Below, in pieces: positions 1 through 11,377 of a DNA stretch of 64,000 bases; position 1 is the first letter of the stretch; every line of letters begins with the position of its first letter. Made by a program: the position numbers and the translations under genes. The notes beneath the pieces are model-generated. The model saw only the letters and a program-made list of their open reading frames with translations. It searched no databases and had not been told where the DNA came from. The stretch comes from Halarcobacter sp. (GTDB lineage: Bacteria > Campylobacterota > Campylobacteria > Campylobacterales > Arcobacteraceae). Location: positions 3,456,001-3,520,000 of the forward strand of contig CP182352.1 in the NCBI GenBank assembly GCA_048571215.1, read 5' to 3'.

Positions 1-141
1 TCAGTTATGATGGATGAGGTTCAATTTAAAGCTTTAGATAAACTATTTGAGATAGGGTATAAAAATGGTTTTTATGAAAATCTTATAAAAGCAGAAGATT
101 TTTTAATCCCAAGTGAGTATGAGGAACTCCGTTCTAAATGA
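1..141 (+). CDS. 3' end of a menaquinone biosynthesis (MqnA/MqnD family) protein, partial
   Basis: Frame 1 is open from the window edge (SVMMDEVQFKALDKLFEIGYKNGFY...LIPSEYEELRSK*) to TGA at 139-141. It resembles the C-terminus of epsilon-proteobacterial MqnD-family proteins. Confidence 0.55.
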   Translation, partial: SVMMDEVQFKALDKLFEIGYKNGFYENLIKAEDFLIPSEYEELRSK

Positions 142-158
142 AAAGTGAAAAATAAAAA

Positions 159-938
159 GTGAATAATTATGTTAAGCAGATAGATTTTTCAAAATATTCA
201 TCAATACATATAGGTCCTGTTGTTGATGTTCTTGTTATAAATGAGATAGGAGATTATAGCGATTATCAAATAATTGGTCGTGCAAATAATCTTTTGATAT
301 CTAATACTCCTCCAAAATTTGCAATTTTAGGTGAAGAGTTTGATTATATAAAACAAGTTGATGATAAATTGTATGTGGGTTGTGCTACAACATCAGGGAA
401 ACTTTTAACATATTGTAGAAAAAATGATATTGCAAACTTAGAATTTTTAGCTAAGTTGCCTGGAAATCTTGGTGGTTTAGTTAAGATGAATGCAGGATTA
501 AAATCTTGGGAAATCTTTAATTATATTAATAAAATTAAAACAAAAGATGGCTATATAAAAAAAGAGGATATAAACTACTCTTATAGGCATACACATTTAG
601 ATACAATAGTTTATGAAGTGGTATTTAATATTGAGTTTGGTTTTTCTAAAGAGAAACTAAAAGAGTTTAATAAAATGAGAGATAATCAACCACAAATGGC
701 AAGTGCAGGAAGCTGTTTTAAAAATCCCAAAGGGGATTTTGCAGGAAGACTTATCCAAGAGGTTGGTTTGAAGGGATTGAAAAAAGGTGGTATGTCCTTT
801 AGTGAGGTTCACGCAAATTTTTTAGTAAATGAGGGTTCTGGAACATACGAAGAAGCAATATATTTGATAAAAGAAGCAAAAAATAGAATTAAAGAAAAAT
901 TTAATATAGAAATAGAAGAAGAGGTAGTTATATTTTAG
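159..938 (+). CDS. murB: UDP-N-acetylenolpyruvoylglucosamine reductase
   Basis: Motifs GRANNLL, LPGNLGGLVKMNAG, YSYR, SAGSCFKNP and HANFLVN. Confidence 0.95.
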   Translation: MNNYVKQIDFSKYSSIHIGPVVDVLVINEIGDYSDYQIIGRANNLLISNTPPKFAILGEEFDYIKQVDDKLYVGCATTSGKLLTYCRKNDIANLEFLAKLPGNLGGLVKMNAGLKSWEIFNYINKIKTKDGYIKKEDINYSYRHTHLDTIVYEVVFNIEFGFSKEKLKEFNKMRDNQPQMASAGSCFKNPKGDFAGRLIQEVGLKGLKKGGMSFSEVHANFLVNEGSGTYEEAIYLIKEAKNRIKEKFNIEIEEEVVIF

Positions 939-962
939 AATTAATTGCTTTTAATTTATTTA

Positions 963-971
963 TGTTAGAAT
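963..971 (+). promoter_or_regulatory. Extended -10 sigma70 promoter of topA
   Basis: TGTTAGAAT (TGn-TAGAAT) about 30 nt upstream of the GTG start; AAGGG RBS follows. Confidence 0.55.
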
Positions 972-1002
972 TTCAGCTTTATAAAGAAAAGGGTATTTAA
1001 TA

Positions 1003-3351
1003 GTGAAAAATTTAGTAATAGTAGAGTCACCAGCAAAAGCAAAAACAATATCAAAGTTTTTAGGAAAAGATTACAAGGTTATGGCATCAATGGGACATGT
1101 AAGAGATCTTCCTAAATCAAAACTAGGCTTTGACCCAGATAAAAACTTTGAACCAAAATATTTAATCTCAACAGATAAAAAAAGAGTTATTAGTGATTTA
1201 AAAAAAGAGATTACAAAAGATACTACTATTTACCTAGCTGCCGATGAGGATAGAGAGGGAGAAGCTATTGCCTGGCATTTAATCCCTGCCCTTAAAATTG
1301 AAAAAAACCCTTTAAAAAGAATTGTATTTCATGAGATTACAAAAGATGCTATCTTAGAAGCTATAAATAATCCAAGAGAAGTAAATCAAGACTTAGTGGA
1401 TGCCCAACAAGCAAGAAGAATTCTAGATAGAGCTGTTGGTTATGAACTTTCTCCACTACTTTGGAAAAAAGTTAGATATGGTCTTAGTGCAGGTAGAGTT
1501 CAATCTGTTGCAGTAAGAATTATAGTTGATAGAGAACAAGAGATAAGAGCATTTATTCCAGAAGAGTATTGGAAAATAACTGCAAACTTCATAAACCCAA
1601 AGTTTGAAGCTTTATTAGCAAAAATTGATGGAAAAGCAAAAAAAGTAAAAAATGAACAAGAAGCAAAAGCTATTGAAACTTCTATAAATCAAGGAAACTT
1701 TGAACTTTTTGATATAGAAGAGAAAGATAGTACAAGAAACCCAGCTGCACCTTTTACTACATCAACCTTACAACAAGAAGCTAGTAGAAAAATTGGACTA
1801 TCTGTTAAACAAACAATGGTTATAGCTCAACAACTATATGAAGGAAATGTAGGAAATATACCAAACCACACTGGTGGTTTGATTACATATATGAGAACAG
1901 ATTCCCTAAATCTTTCAAAGGTAGCAACAAGTGCAGCTAAAGAGGTTATTGAAAAAGAGTATGGAAAAGAGTATTCATTAAATAAACCTAGAGTTTATAA
2001 GTCTAAAGCAAAAGGTGCACAAGAGGCACATGAAGCTATTCGTCCTGTTAATATGGCTTTGAAACCAACAGATATAAAACCATATGTTGATAATGCTCAA
2101 TATAGATTGTATTCACTTATTTGGAAAAGAACTCTTGCAACACAAATGGCACCAGCAAAAATTGCAAATACTACATATAAAATAAGTGCAGGAAAAGATA
2201 AAGAGTATGAGTTTCAAGTAAAGGGACAAAGAATCATTTTCCCAGGGTTTATGAAAGCTTATACAGAAGGAAGTGACAATCCAGAATCAGCACTTGATAG
2301 TTCAGAAAAGCTTTTACCAACAATCAAGGTTGGAACAGTTTTAGATTTAGAAAAACTTGATTTAGAACAAAATTTTACAAAACCACCAGCAAGATATACT
2401 GAAGCTTCTTTGGTTAAAAAACTAGAATCTGAAGGGATTGGAAGACCTTCAACTTATGCTCCAACTATCTCAACTATTCAAGCTAGAGAATATGTTGTTA
2501 AAACAGAAGATAAAAAACTTGCACCAACTCCAACTGGAGAGATTGTAAATAGTTTTTTAGTTGACCATTTCCCAGGAATCGTTGATTTAGGATTTACGGC
2601 AAAGGTTGAAGAGGAGTTTGATGATATAGCAGATGGGAAAATCGCATGGCAACAAGTTATGCAAGATTTTTATGGAAACTTTAAAAAAACAATTACAGAA
2701 AAAGAAGAGAGTGTAAATAAAGAGGATTATCTTCAAATAAGAGAAGTGGGAATTGATCCAAAGTCTGGGAAGCCAGTTAGTGCAAGAGTTGGAAGGTTTG
2801 GTCCATTTGTTCAAATAGGAACAAAAGATGATGAAGAGAAACCAAAATTTGTAGCAATTCCTGAACATCTAAATATGGATACAATCACTTTAGATGAAGC
2901 TATGTTTTTATTTACTCTTCCTAGAGTGGTGGGACAAAATAGTAGTGGGGAAGATATTGTTGCAAATATAGGAAGGTTTGGTCCATATTTGCAAGTAAAA
3001 ACAAAATTTTATTCATTAAAAGAGGATGATCCTTATACTATTGAATTACCAAGAGCTTTAGAGGTAATCAAACAACTTGATGAGGCAAAAGCAAAAGCTA
3101 CTATAAAAGTTTTTGAAAAAGAGAAAATTCAAGTTTTAATAGGTCAATATGGTCCCTATATTAAACAAGGAAGAAAAAATTATAAAATACCAAAGGGTGT
3201 AGAGGCTGAAGATTTAACTTTAGAGCAGACTTTAGAGATAATTGAAAAAGACCCAAAATCAAAAACTGGTGCAAAAAAAGCACCTGCAAAAAAAACAGCA
3301 AGAAAAAGAGCACCCGCAAAAAAGAGTACTAGCAAAAAAACTGAAAAGTAA
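1003..3351 (+). CDS. topA: DNA topoisomerase I (type IA) with C-terminal Topo_C repeats and a Lys/Ala-rich tail
   Basis: LVIVESPAKAKTI, DEDREGEAI, SAGRVQS, ITYMRTDS, three GRFGP/GQYGP repeats and an AKKAPAKK tail. Confidence 0.97.
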   Translation: MKNLVIVESPAKAKTISKFLGKDYKVMASMGHVRDLPKSKLGFDPDKNFEPKYLISTDKKRVISDLKKEITKDTTIYLAADEDREGEAIAWHLIPALKIEKNPLKRIVFHEITKDAILEAINNPREVNQDLVDAQQARRILDRAVGYELSPLLWKKVRYGLSAGRVQSVAVRIIVDREQEIRAFIPEEYWKITANFINPKFEALLAKIDGKAKKVKNEQEAKAIETSINQGNFELFDIEEKDSTRNPAAPFTTSTLQQEASRKIGLSVKQTMVIAQQLYEGNVGNIPNHTGGLITYMRTDSLNLSKVATSAAKEVIEKEYGKEYSLNKPRVYKSKAKGAQEAHEAIRPVNMALKPTDIKPYVDNAQYRLYSLIWKRTLATQMAPAKIANTTYKISAGKDKEYEFQVKGQRIIFPGFMKAYTEGSDNPESALDSSEKLLPTIKVGTVLDLEKLDLEQNFTKPPARYTEASLVKKLESEGIGRPSTYAPTISTIQAREYVVKTEDKKLAPTPTGEIVNSFLVDHFPGIVDLGFTAKVEEEFDDIADGKIAWQQVMQDFYGNFKKTITEKEESVNKEDYLQIREVGIDPKSGKPVSARVGRFGPFVQIGTKDDEEKPKFVAIPEHLNMDTITLDEAMFLFTLPRVVGQNSSGEDIVANIGRFGPYLQVKTKFYSLKEDDPYTIELPRALEVIKQLDEAKAKATIKVFEKEKIQVLIGQYGPYIKQGRKNYKIPKGVEAEDLTLEQTLEIIEKDPKSKTGAKKAPAKKTARKRAPAKKSTSKKTEK

Positions 3352-3354
3352 GCT

Positions 3355-3873
3355 ATGAAGATAGGGGTTTTATCAGATAGTCACTATAAAACAGACTATA
3401 CAAAAGAGCTTATTGACTTTCTAAAAGAACAAGGGAGTCAATACCTTATCCATGCAGGTGATTTATGTGTAGAAGAGAATCTTAAACACTTAGAAGAATC
3501 AGGCTTAAAATACATAAGTGTTTTTGGAAATAATGATAGGGGTTTAATATCTTGCTCAAACAAGTATAATATTAAACAAGAGCCATATTTATTTAAAATA
3601 GAAGATACTACCTTTAAACTTATGCATTTACCTTTTTATTTAACAGGTGATAGTGATATTGTAATTTTTGGTCATACACATATTTTTGAAAGTGATTATA
3701 AAAATGGAACACTATTTTTAAACCCAGGAGAGGTGTGTGCCAGAGAAAAACCTCTTGCCGAATGTGTGTTGTTAGAAATTAAAGAAAATGAGTATATAAT
3801 TAATTATTACTCAAAAGATATAAATAAAAACGAATTAAAAAAAGAAGAGATAATTTATGAGCGAAAAAGTTAA
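3355..3873 (+). CDS. YfcE-family metallophosphoesterase
   Basis: Motifs DSH, HAGD, GNND, GHTH and NPG. Confidence 0.9.
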   Translation: MKIGVLSDSHYKTDYTKELIDFLKEQGSQYLIHAGDLCVEENLKHLEESGLKYISVFGNNDRGLISCSNKYNIKQEPYLFKIEDTTFKLMHLPFYLTGDSDIVIFGHTHIFESDYKNGTLFLNPGEVCAREKPLAECVLLEIKENEYIINYYSKDINKNELKKEEIIYERKS

Positions 3874-4720
3874 TCAATCCAAAGATATATTTTTATGTGC
3901 TATTTGTAATATTGAAAGTGGTACATGTAATGAGGATTGTAAGTTTTGTACACAAAGTGTAAAATACAAAGCTGATATTCAAAGATATAAACAAAAACAA
4001 ATAGAACAGATTGTAGAAGAGGCAAAAAGAGCAAGGGCAAATAATGCAAATGGTTTTTGTCTAGTTACAGCAGGGAAAGGGCTTACGGATAAAAGATTAG
4101 AGTTTGTTGTCCAAGCTGCAAAAGCTGTAAAAAAAGAGAACTTAGGCTTAATATTGATTGCCTGTAATGGTACCGCAAGTGTTGAACAATTGCAAACGCT
4201 AAAAGAAGCTGGTGTAGATGCATATAATCATAACTTAGAAACAGCACAAGACTTTTATTCTCAAATTGTTACAACTCATAGCTGGGAAGAGAGATATCAA
4301 ACTTGTAAAAATGTAAAAGAGGTGGGATTAAGACTTGTCTGTGGTGGAATATTTGGTTTAGGTGAAACTCAAGAGCAAAGAGTATCTATGCTTGAGTCTA
4401 TTGCTTCACTTGATCCTATGAATGTACCTTTGAATTTTTTCATCTCAAATGATGCCTTACCAATAAAACCAAGTACAATCACAAGAAAAGAGGCTTTTGA
4501 GTTAATATCTTTAGCTAAAAAGATGATTCCAAATGCAAAAAAAATTATGGTTGCTGGTGGAAGAGAATTGATGTTTGGTGAAGAACAATATAAGATTTTT
4601 GAAAATGGTGCAAATGCTTTTGTTATTGGAGATTATTTAACTACAGCTGGAAAATCACCAAAAGAGGATATGGAAGAGTTAGAAAAGCTAGGGTTTACGA
4701 TTACTAGAGAAAGAAACTAG
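3857..4720 (+). CDS. bioB: Biotin synthase
   Basis: CNEDCKFCTQS radical SAM motif, YNHNLET, CGGIFGLGE, VPLNF, AGGRE and GDYLTT. Confidence 0.93.
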   Translation: MSEKVNQSKDIFLCAICNIESGTCNEDCKFCTQSVKYKADIQRYKQKQIEQIVEEAKRARANNANGFCLVTAGKGLTDKRLEFVVQAAKAVKKENLGLILIACNGTASVEQLQTLKEAGVDAYNHNLETAQDFYSQIVTTHSWEERYQTCKNVKEVGLRLVCGGIFGLGETQEQRVSMLESIASLDPMNVPLNFFISNDALPIKPSTITRKEAFELISLAKKMIPNAKKIMVAGGRELMFGEEQYKIFENGANAFVIGDYLTTAGKSPKEDMEELEKLGFTITRERN

Positions 4721-4735
4721 GTTTGGGAGATTTAA

Positions 4736-5899
4736 ATGACTGATGAAATTCTAATAATCATTTCGATTTCATTGATTATTTTTATATCTCCATTAGTATC
4801 AAGAGTTGTAAAACTTCCAACTATAACTATTGAGATAACACTTGGGGCTCTTGCTGCGTATTTAGCATTTATCACTGAGCATGCTATTTTGGAACTAGTT
4901 GCAGAGCTTGGTTTCTTATATCTTATGTTTCTAGCAGGACTTGAGGTTGATTTAAAAAGAATTTTAAATATGTCTTCTAGTTTACTCAAAAAATCTATAT
5001 TTTATAATGTGATTTTATTTTCACTTGCTGCTGTGATAACCTTTTATTTGGAATTAGGTCATATTTTTATTGTAATATTCCCTCTTATTTCTATAGGTTT
5101 ATTAGCTGCTCTTAAAAAAGAGTATGGAAATGTAGAGTGGATAAAAATCTCTATAACTGTAGGTCTTATTGGGGAAATTATCTCCATCTTTGCTCTTACA
5201 ACAGTATCTGCTGCTCTTAAATTTGGTATCAATTTTGAATTTTATAAAACAATGTTTTTATTTACAGCTTTTTTAGTACTTATGTTATTTGTTTATAAAA
5301 TCTTTCATAATCTAATTTGGTGGTATCCAGAGATAAAAGCTTATCTTATGCCAGAAAATGATCACCAAGAGCAAGATATAAGAGTCTCTATGGCTATCTT
5401 TTTCCTTATGATTACTGTTATGATTTATCTAAATCTTGAGGTTGCCTTTGGGGCATTTATTGCTGGAACTTTTATTACAACATTTTTTGAAGAGCATAAC
5501 AAACAATTACCACACAAATTAGAACACTTTGGTTTTGGTTGGTTGGTTCCCATATTTTTTATATATGTTGGTTCCTCTTTTGAGTTAGAATCTCTATTCC
5601 ATGATGGCTTAATAAAAAAAGCATTGCTAATCACCGCTACAATGATTATTATTAGGTTAGTAGCTTCTATGTTATTTATAAAAGATATGGGATGGAATAG
5701 ATTTTATATGGTTGGGCTTTCCCACTCAATGCCATTAACACTTCTAATTGCAGTAGCTACTTTAGCATATCATAATCACTCAATTACACAGTTTTATTAT
5801 TATACTTTTATTTTAGCTTCAATTTTAGAAGTATTAATCGTGATGGTTGTAATTAGACTTTTGTCACACTTTACCAATCTTTCAAAAGCTATTAAATAA
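4736..5899 (+). CDS. Cation:proton antiporter (CPA2 family)
   Basis: Many hydrophobic segments; ELGFLYLMFLAGLEVD, GAFIAG and PIFFIYVG motifs. Confidence 0.88.
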   Translation: MTDEILIIISISLIIFISPLVSRVVKLPTITIEITLGALAAYLAFITEHAILELVAELGFLYLMFLAGLEVDLKRILNMSSSLLKKSIFYNVILFSLAAVITFYLELGHIFIVIFPLISIGLLAALKKEYGNVEWIKISITVGLIGEIISIFALTTVSAALKFGINFEFYKTMFLFTAFLVLMLFVYKIFHNLIWWYPEIKAYLMPENDHQEQDIRVSMAIFFLMITVMIYLNLEVAFGAFIAGTFITTFFEEHNKQLPHKLEHFGFGWLVPIFFIYVGSSFELESLFHDGLIKKALLITATMIIIRLVASMLFIKDMGWNRFYMVGLSHSMPLTLLIAVATLAYHNHSITQFYYYTFILASILEVLIVMVVIRLLSHFTNLSKAIK

Positions 5900-5928
5900 G
5901 CTTTAAAAGCTTGGTATAAGTATTTAAA

Positions 5929-6621
5929 TTATTGATAAAGTTTTATAATAGAAACTTTAGTATCATCATAGGTGACTTCATAATCTTCAGGCATATCAGC
6001 TAATTCAATAACAACTCTAAAGAAGTTCTCTTTTTTGTGATTTCCTACTGCGATTTTTTTGAAGTTTGTTGATTCTAAAGTGGCTCTTTTAGTGTAAAAA
6101 TTTTCTTTTGCAGTATAGTCTAATACTATTTTTCTTTCATTTGGCAAAGTGATTTTTTTAGATATTTTATATTTTGAGATAATATCAATTCTATCATTGT
6201 CATACTCTACTTTTACAAAAGGTAAAAGCTCTTTTTCGTACATAACATCAAGTCTAGGTTTAACATAAACAATCTGTTCAGTTTTTTTATTAGGTTTAAC
6301 TGCTTTTTCAACAATCTCTTTTGTCTTTTCAACTGTTTGTTTTTGGGAATCTTGAATCAACTTCTTTATTTTTTCTTCTGTTAAATCATCTTTTTTCTTT
6401 TCTTTTTCTTCTTCACCAACTTTTTGCATCTTTTCATAGGTATCAGCTATATATTGTTGTTCTCTTTGAAACTCAAGTCCATAGTCCTCTTCAACTTGTG
6501 AAATCTCAATGGTTCTAGCTTGTTCTTCTTGATAAGCAGTTGTTGGCTCAAAAGGGTTCTCTCTAGCAACTAATATAGTTGCGAAGATAAATACTATTGT
6601 AAATAAAGATAGTTTTCTCAT
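5929..6621 (-). CDS. AMIN domain-containing exported protein
   Basis: Signal peptide followed by ARENPF; C-terminal KIVLD...IAVGNHK..FFRVVIEL; usual position downstream of recA-eno. Confidence 0.75.
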   Translation of the reverse strand: MRKLSLFTIVFIFATILVARENPFEPTTAYQEEQARTIEISQVEEDYGLEFQREQQYIADTYEKMQKVGEEEKEKKKDDLTEEKIKKLIQDSQKQTVEKTKEIVEKAVKPNKKTEQIVYVKPRLDVMYEKELLPFVKVEYDNDRIDIISKYKISKKITLPNERKIVLDYTAKENFYTKRATLESTNFKKIAVGNHKKENFFRVVIELADMPEDYEVTYDDTKVSIIKLYQ

Positions 6622-6860
6622 TGTTCAGGCTCCAAATTTTTTAATTCAAAATACTCTTTTTGCAAATGGGCATTTTCTTGTTGTAGTCTTTTTATTTCAC
6701 TCTTTAGATAGCTTTTTTTATATTTTAATGAGTTATAAACCTCTAAAGAGTTGTCTCCAAACAGAATATTAGCAACATGATAACCAAGAAACATCGTAAT
6801 TGCAAGTGATATAATCGCAATTAACGAGAATTTCTTTAGTTCACGAAAATTTTCTCTCAT
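6618..6860 (-). CDS. Septum formation initiator (FtsB/DivIC-like)
   Basis: One transmembrane helix, LFGDNSL, then a coiled coil (LQQENAHLQKEYFEL); follows eno. Confidence 0.75.
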   Translation of the reverse strand: MRENFRELKKFSLIAIISLAITMFLGYHVANILFGDNSLEVYNSLKYKKSYLKSEIKRLQQENAHLQKEYFELKNLEPEQ

Positions 6861-6863
6861 ATT

Positions 6864-8144
<1,281 letters not shown>

Positions 8145-8257
8145 CTAAAAAATCATAAAATTTATTTATTATACATAATTTTTTATTTTTTGTTGCTTTG
8201 ATAATTGTACTTAAAATGTAATTTTGTTATTTAAGTGAAAAATAAGAGATGTAAGGC

Positions 8258-8274
8258 GGGGAAAATTATTCCCC
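8258..8274 (-). terminator. Hairpin overlapping the recA stop codon (putative terminator or stabiliser)
   Basis: Minus-strand GGGGAA-UAAUU-UUCCCC, with the UAA stop in the loop and a U-rich stretch further downstream. Confidence 0.45.
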
Positions 8275-9300
8275 TTCGTCTAATTCTGTATCGTCAGTAT
8301 TTGCTTGATCAGTTACACCCATTGCAGTTAAAATCTTTTCTTCAATCTCTTTTGCAATCTCTGGGTTATCTTTTAGGAACACTTTTGAGTTTTCTTTTCC
8401 TTGCCCAATTTTGTTATCCCCATAACTAAACCAAGCTCCAGCTTTATCAACAATATCAAGTTTTACCCCATAATCGATAAGCTCTCCTGTTTTTGAAATA
8501 CCCTCTCCAAACATAATATCAAATTCTGCTAATTTAAATGGAGGTGCAACTTTATTTTTAACAACTTTAACTTTTACTCTATTACCAATAGAGTTTTCCC
8601 CTTGTTTTAAGGTTGCAATTCTTCTAATATCAAGTCTAACAGAAGAGTAAAATTTAAGTGCATTCCCACCAGTTGTTGTTTCAGGACTTCCATATCCAGT
8701 CATACCAATTTTCATTCTAATTTGGTTGATAAATATAACTGTACATTGCATTTTATTTAAAAGACCTGTGATTTTTCTAAGAGCTTTTGACATAAGTCTA
8801 GCTTGTACACCAACTTGTTGGTCATCCATATCTCCATCAATCTCAACTTTTGGAGTAAGTGCAGCAACTGAGTCAATAACAACTAAATCAACAGCTCCTG
8901 ATCTAATTACAGTTTCAAGTATCTCTAAAGCTTGTTCTCCATAATCAGGCTGTGATACAAGAAGATTATCAATATCAACTCCAAGATTTCTTGCATATGT
9001 TGTATCTAAAGCATGCTCCGCATCAATAAAAGCACAAACTCCTCCTGCTCTTTGACATTCAGCAATTGCATGTAAAGTAAGTGTAGTTTTACCAGAAGAT
9101 TCAGGACCATAAATCTCAATAACTCTACCTTGTGGAAGACCCCCAACACCTAAAGCTAAATCTAAACCTAAAGAACCTGTTGATATTGATTCTGTTGGAA
9201 CAACCTCTTTATCTCCTAATCTAATAAGAGTACCTTTACCAAAAGTTTTATCTATTTGTTTGATTGCTAAGTCTAACGATTTTTTTTGATTTTCATCCAT
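8266..9300 (-). CDS. recA: Recombinase A
   Basis: [24 protein letters not shown] and GGNALKFY. The ATG at 9300 is preferred over 9306 because of AGGA spacing. Confidence 0.98.
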   Translation of the reverse strand: MDENQKKSLDLAIKQIDKTFGKGTLIRLGDKEVVPTESISTGSLGLDLALGVGGLPQGRVIEIYGPESSGKTTLTLHAIAECQRAGGVCAFIDAEHALDTTYARNLGVDIDNLLVSQPDYGEQALEILETVIRSGAVDLVVIDSVAALTPKVEIDGDMDDQQVGVQARLMSKALRKITGLLNKMQCTVIFINQIRMKIGMTGYGSPETTTGGNALKFYSSVRLDIRRIATLKQGENSIGNRVKVKVVKNKVAPPFKLAEFDIMFGEGISKTGELIDYGVKLDIVDKAGAWFSYGDNKIGQGKENSKVFLKDNPEIAKEIEEKILTAMGVTDQANTDDTELDEGE

Positions 9301-9343
9301 CTTCATTTTCCTATTTTGTTCTGTATTTTTGTTTTATATTGGA

Positions 9344-9352
9344 ATTTTAACA
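9344..9352 (-). promoter_or_regulatory. Extended -10 promoter of recA
   Basis: Minus-strand TGTTAAAAT about 45 nt upstream of the start. Confidence 0.5.
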
Positions 9353-9397
9353 GCTTTTTTTTAAAGTACTAAATAATATTGCAAATTGTAAGATTTT

Positions 9398-9619
9398 TTA
9401 ATCTTCATTTTTTTCATCTGTATTTGAATCTTTGTCTTGGGAAAACTTTTGAATGTTTTCAATAGTCTTAATATGGGAATTAACTCTTCTTTGCATACTA
9501 TATCTTTTGATATGTTTTGCAAGAATTTTTGTATATTTTTTATAGTTCCTAGAATCTTTTTCAAAAGTTGCTAGTTTTTTTTGTATTTTTAAAATATTTT
9601 CTGGAATATCGTTTGCCAT
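9398..9619 (-). CDS. Small basic hypothetical protein
   Basis: 73-aa ORF with AGGT RBS and ATG start; Lys/Arg-rich; no recognised motif. Confidence 0.65.
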   Translation of the reverse strand: MANDIPENILKIQKKLATFEKDSRNYKKYTKILAKHIKRYSMQRRVNSHIKTIENIQKFSQDKDSNTDEKNED

Positions 9620-9648
9620 ATTTAACCTATAAAATTTAGTTGTAATAA

Positions 9649-9663
9649 ATTATTGCATATAAT
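9649..9663. promoter_or_regulatory. Abutting divergent sigma70 -10 elements (island operon on +, small ORF on -)
   Basis: Plus-strand TATAAT at 9658-9663, upstream of the AGGAG RBS and TTG at 9700. Minus-strand TGCAATAAT at 9657-9649. Confidence 0.5.
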
Positions 9664-9699
9664 AGTTGAATAACCTTTTAATAAATTGTAGGAGTCTCT

Positions 9700-10440
9700 T
9701 TGGATTTACAAAATTATATACTTAGTCCTGATTCTTTGATAATTGAGGCATTAAAAAAGATAGATGAAAATAAACGGGGTTTTTTACTTGTATGCCTTGA
9801 CAAAGAGGTTATTGGTATTACGACTGAAGGTGAAATAAGAAGATATTTAATAAATGGTGCAACTTTAGAAAATAAAATACCATATTCTAAAAATTTTATT
9901 TTTATTCGAAATAATGATTCTTTTTTAGAACTTTTTAAATGTTTTAAATCTGAAAAAATCAATTTTGTTCCTATTTTAGATCAAAATAATTTATTAATTG
10001 AAATTGTTTCAAAAAAACAATTTCATGGATTACTTTTAAAAGATATTGAATATAATATGGCAAAATTACCTGAAATGGATGAGAATGAGATAGATTTTGA
10101 AATATTTGAGAGACCTTGGGGTTTTTATAAAACTACACTTCTTGCTAAACATGTACAATCAAAGATTATTACAGTTTTTCCAAAAGGTGAATTGAGTCTT
10201 CAAAAACATAAAAGAAGAGAAGAACATTGGATAATAATAAAGGGTGAAGGTAAAATAATACTTGAGGATTCTATTTTGGAAGTTCAGCAAGGAAGGTATA
10301 TTTATATTCCAAAGGGATGTAAACATAAAGTTATAAATAGTTCTTACACAGATAATTTGATATTCGCAGAGGTACAGTTAGGGGACTATTTTGGTGAAGA
10401 TGATATTATAAGGTATGAGGATAAATATGGGAGAGTTTAA
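9700..10440 (+). CDS. CBS-pair plus type II mannose-6-phosphate isomerase-like cupin fusion
   Basis: N-terminal CBS-like region (GITTEGEIRRYL, VPILD). C-terminal RPWG...LSLQKHKRREEHW...HKVIN...EVQLGDYFGEDDIIRYED matches the ManC/PMI cupin. Confidence 0.85.
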   Translation: MDLQNYILSPDSLIIEALKKIDENKRGFLLVCLDKEVIGITTEGEIRRYLINGATLENKIPYSKNFIFIRNNDSFLELFKCFKSEKINFVPILDQNNLLIEIVSKKQFHGLLLKDIEYNMAKLPEMDENEIDFEIFERPWGFYKTTLLAKHVQSKIITVFPKGELSLQKHKRREEHWIIIKGEGKIILEDSILEVQQGRYIYIPKGCKHKVINSSYTDNLIFAEVQLGDYFGEDDIIRYEDKYGRV

Positions 10441-11321
10441 TGGCATTTAAGTTTGATTATAAAGAACCCAAAGTGGTTGCAGAAATAGGTTGTAATCATA
10501 TGGGTGACTTTGAAATAGCAAAAGAATTAATAGATTTAGCAAAACAATCAGGTTCAAAATATGTAAAGTTTCAAAAAAGAAATAATAAAGAGCTTTTAAC
10601 AAAAGAACAATATAACGCTCCCCATCCTGTTCCTGTAAACTCATATGGAAAAACTTATGGTGAACATAGAGAGTTTCTAGAGTTTACAAAAGAACAACAT
10701 AGAGAATTAAAAGAGTATAGTGATTCTATTGGCATGGCATATTCCACTTCAGTATGGGATGTTACTAGTGCTAAAGAGATGTTAGAATTTAATCCAGAGT
10801 TTTTAAAAGTACCTTCTGCTTGTAATAATAATTTTGAGATGCTAAGAATCTTAAGAGACGATTATAAAGGGCAAGTTCAACTATCTATTGGAATGACAAG
10901 TAGAAAAGAGGTTGAAGAGATTGTAAAGTTTTTTGAGCAAACAAATCAAGCAAAATCGAGACTTTTAATATATTCTTGCACTTCAGGGTATCCTGTACCT
11001 TTTGAGGATGTATCTTTATTAGAGATAAATTATTTGTATGATAATTATGAAGATAGAATATGTGAAATAGGATTCTCTGGACACCACTTAGGTATAGCAA
11101 TTGATATTGCAGCATATACTCTAGGAGCAAGATGGATTGAACGTCATTTTACCAAAGATATAAACTGGAAGGGGACAGATCATTCTGCATCATTGATGCC
11201 AGATGGATTAAGAAGACTAAATAGAGATTTAACTGCGACATATAAGTCTTTACATAAGAAAAAAGAGGATATCTTACCTATAGAGCAAGTACAAAGAGAT
11301 AAATTAAAAAATAGAAAGTAA
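10440..11321 (+). CDS. neuB: Nonulosonate (N-acetylneuraminate-family) synthase lacking the C-terminal SAF domain; candidate KDN-9-phosphate synthase
   Basis: AEIGCNHMG, VKFQKR, KVPS, CTSGYP, GFSGH, IERHFT and GTDH; only 293 aa long. Confidence 0.88.
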   Translation: MAFKFDYKEPKVVAEIGCNHMGDFEIAKELIDLAKQSGSKYVKFQKRNNKELLTKEQYNAPHPVPVNSYGKTYGEHREFLEFTKEQHRELKEYSDSIGMAYSTSVWDVTSAKEMLEFNPEFLKVPSACNNNFEMLRILRDDYKGQVQLSIGMTSRKEVEEIVKFFEQTNQAKSRLLIYSCTSGYPVPFEDVSLLEINYLYDNYEDRICEIGFSGHHLGIAIDIAAYTLGARWIERHFTKDINWKGTDHSASLMPDGLRRLNRDLTATYKSLHKKKEDILPIEQVQRDKLKNRK

Positions 11322-11377
11322 AATAAGCTTTTGTAAAGATAAAAAGTATATAAAAGAGATGGAAGTAAGGAAGACTA

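Noticed and set aside
5898..5912. Palindrome aagcttt-a-aaagctt between convergent genes as a terminator
   Set aside because: The stem is short and AT-rich with a minimal loop, too weak to call.
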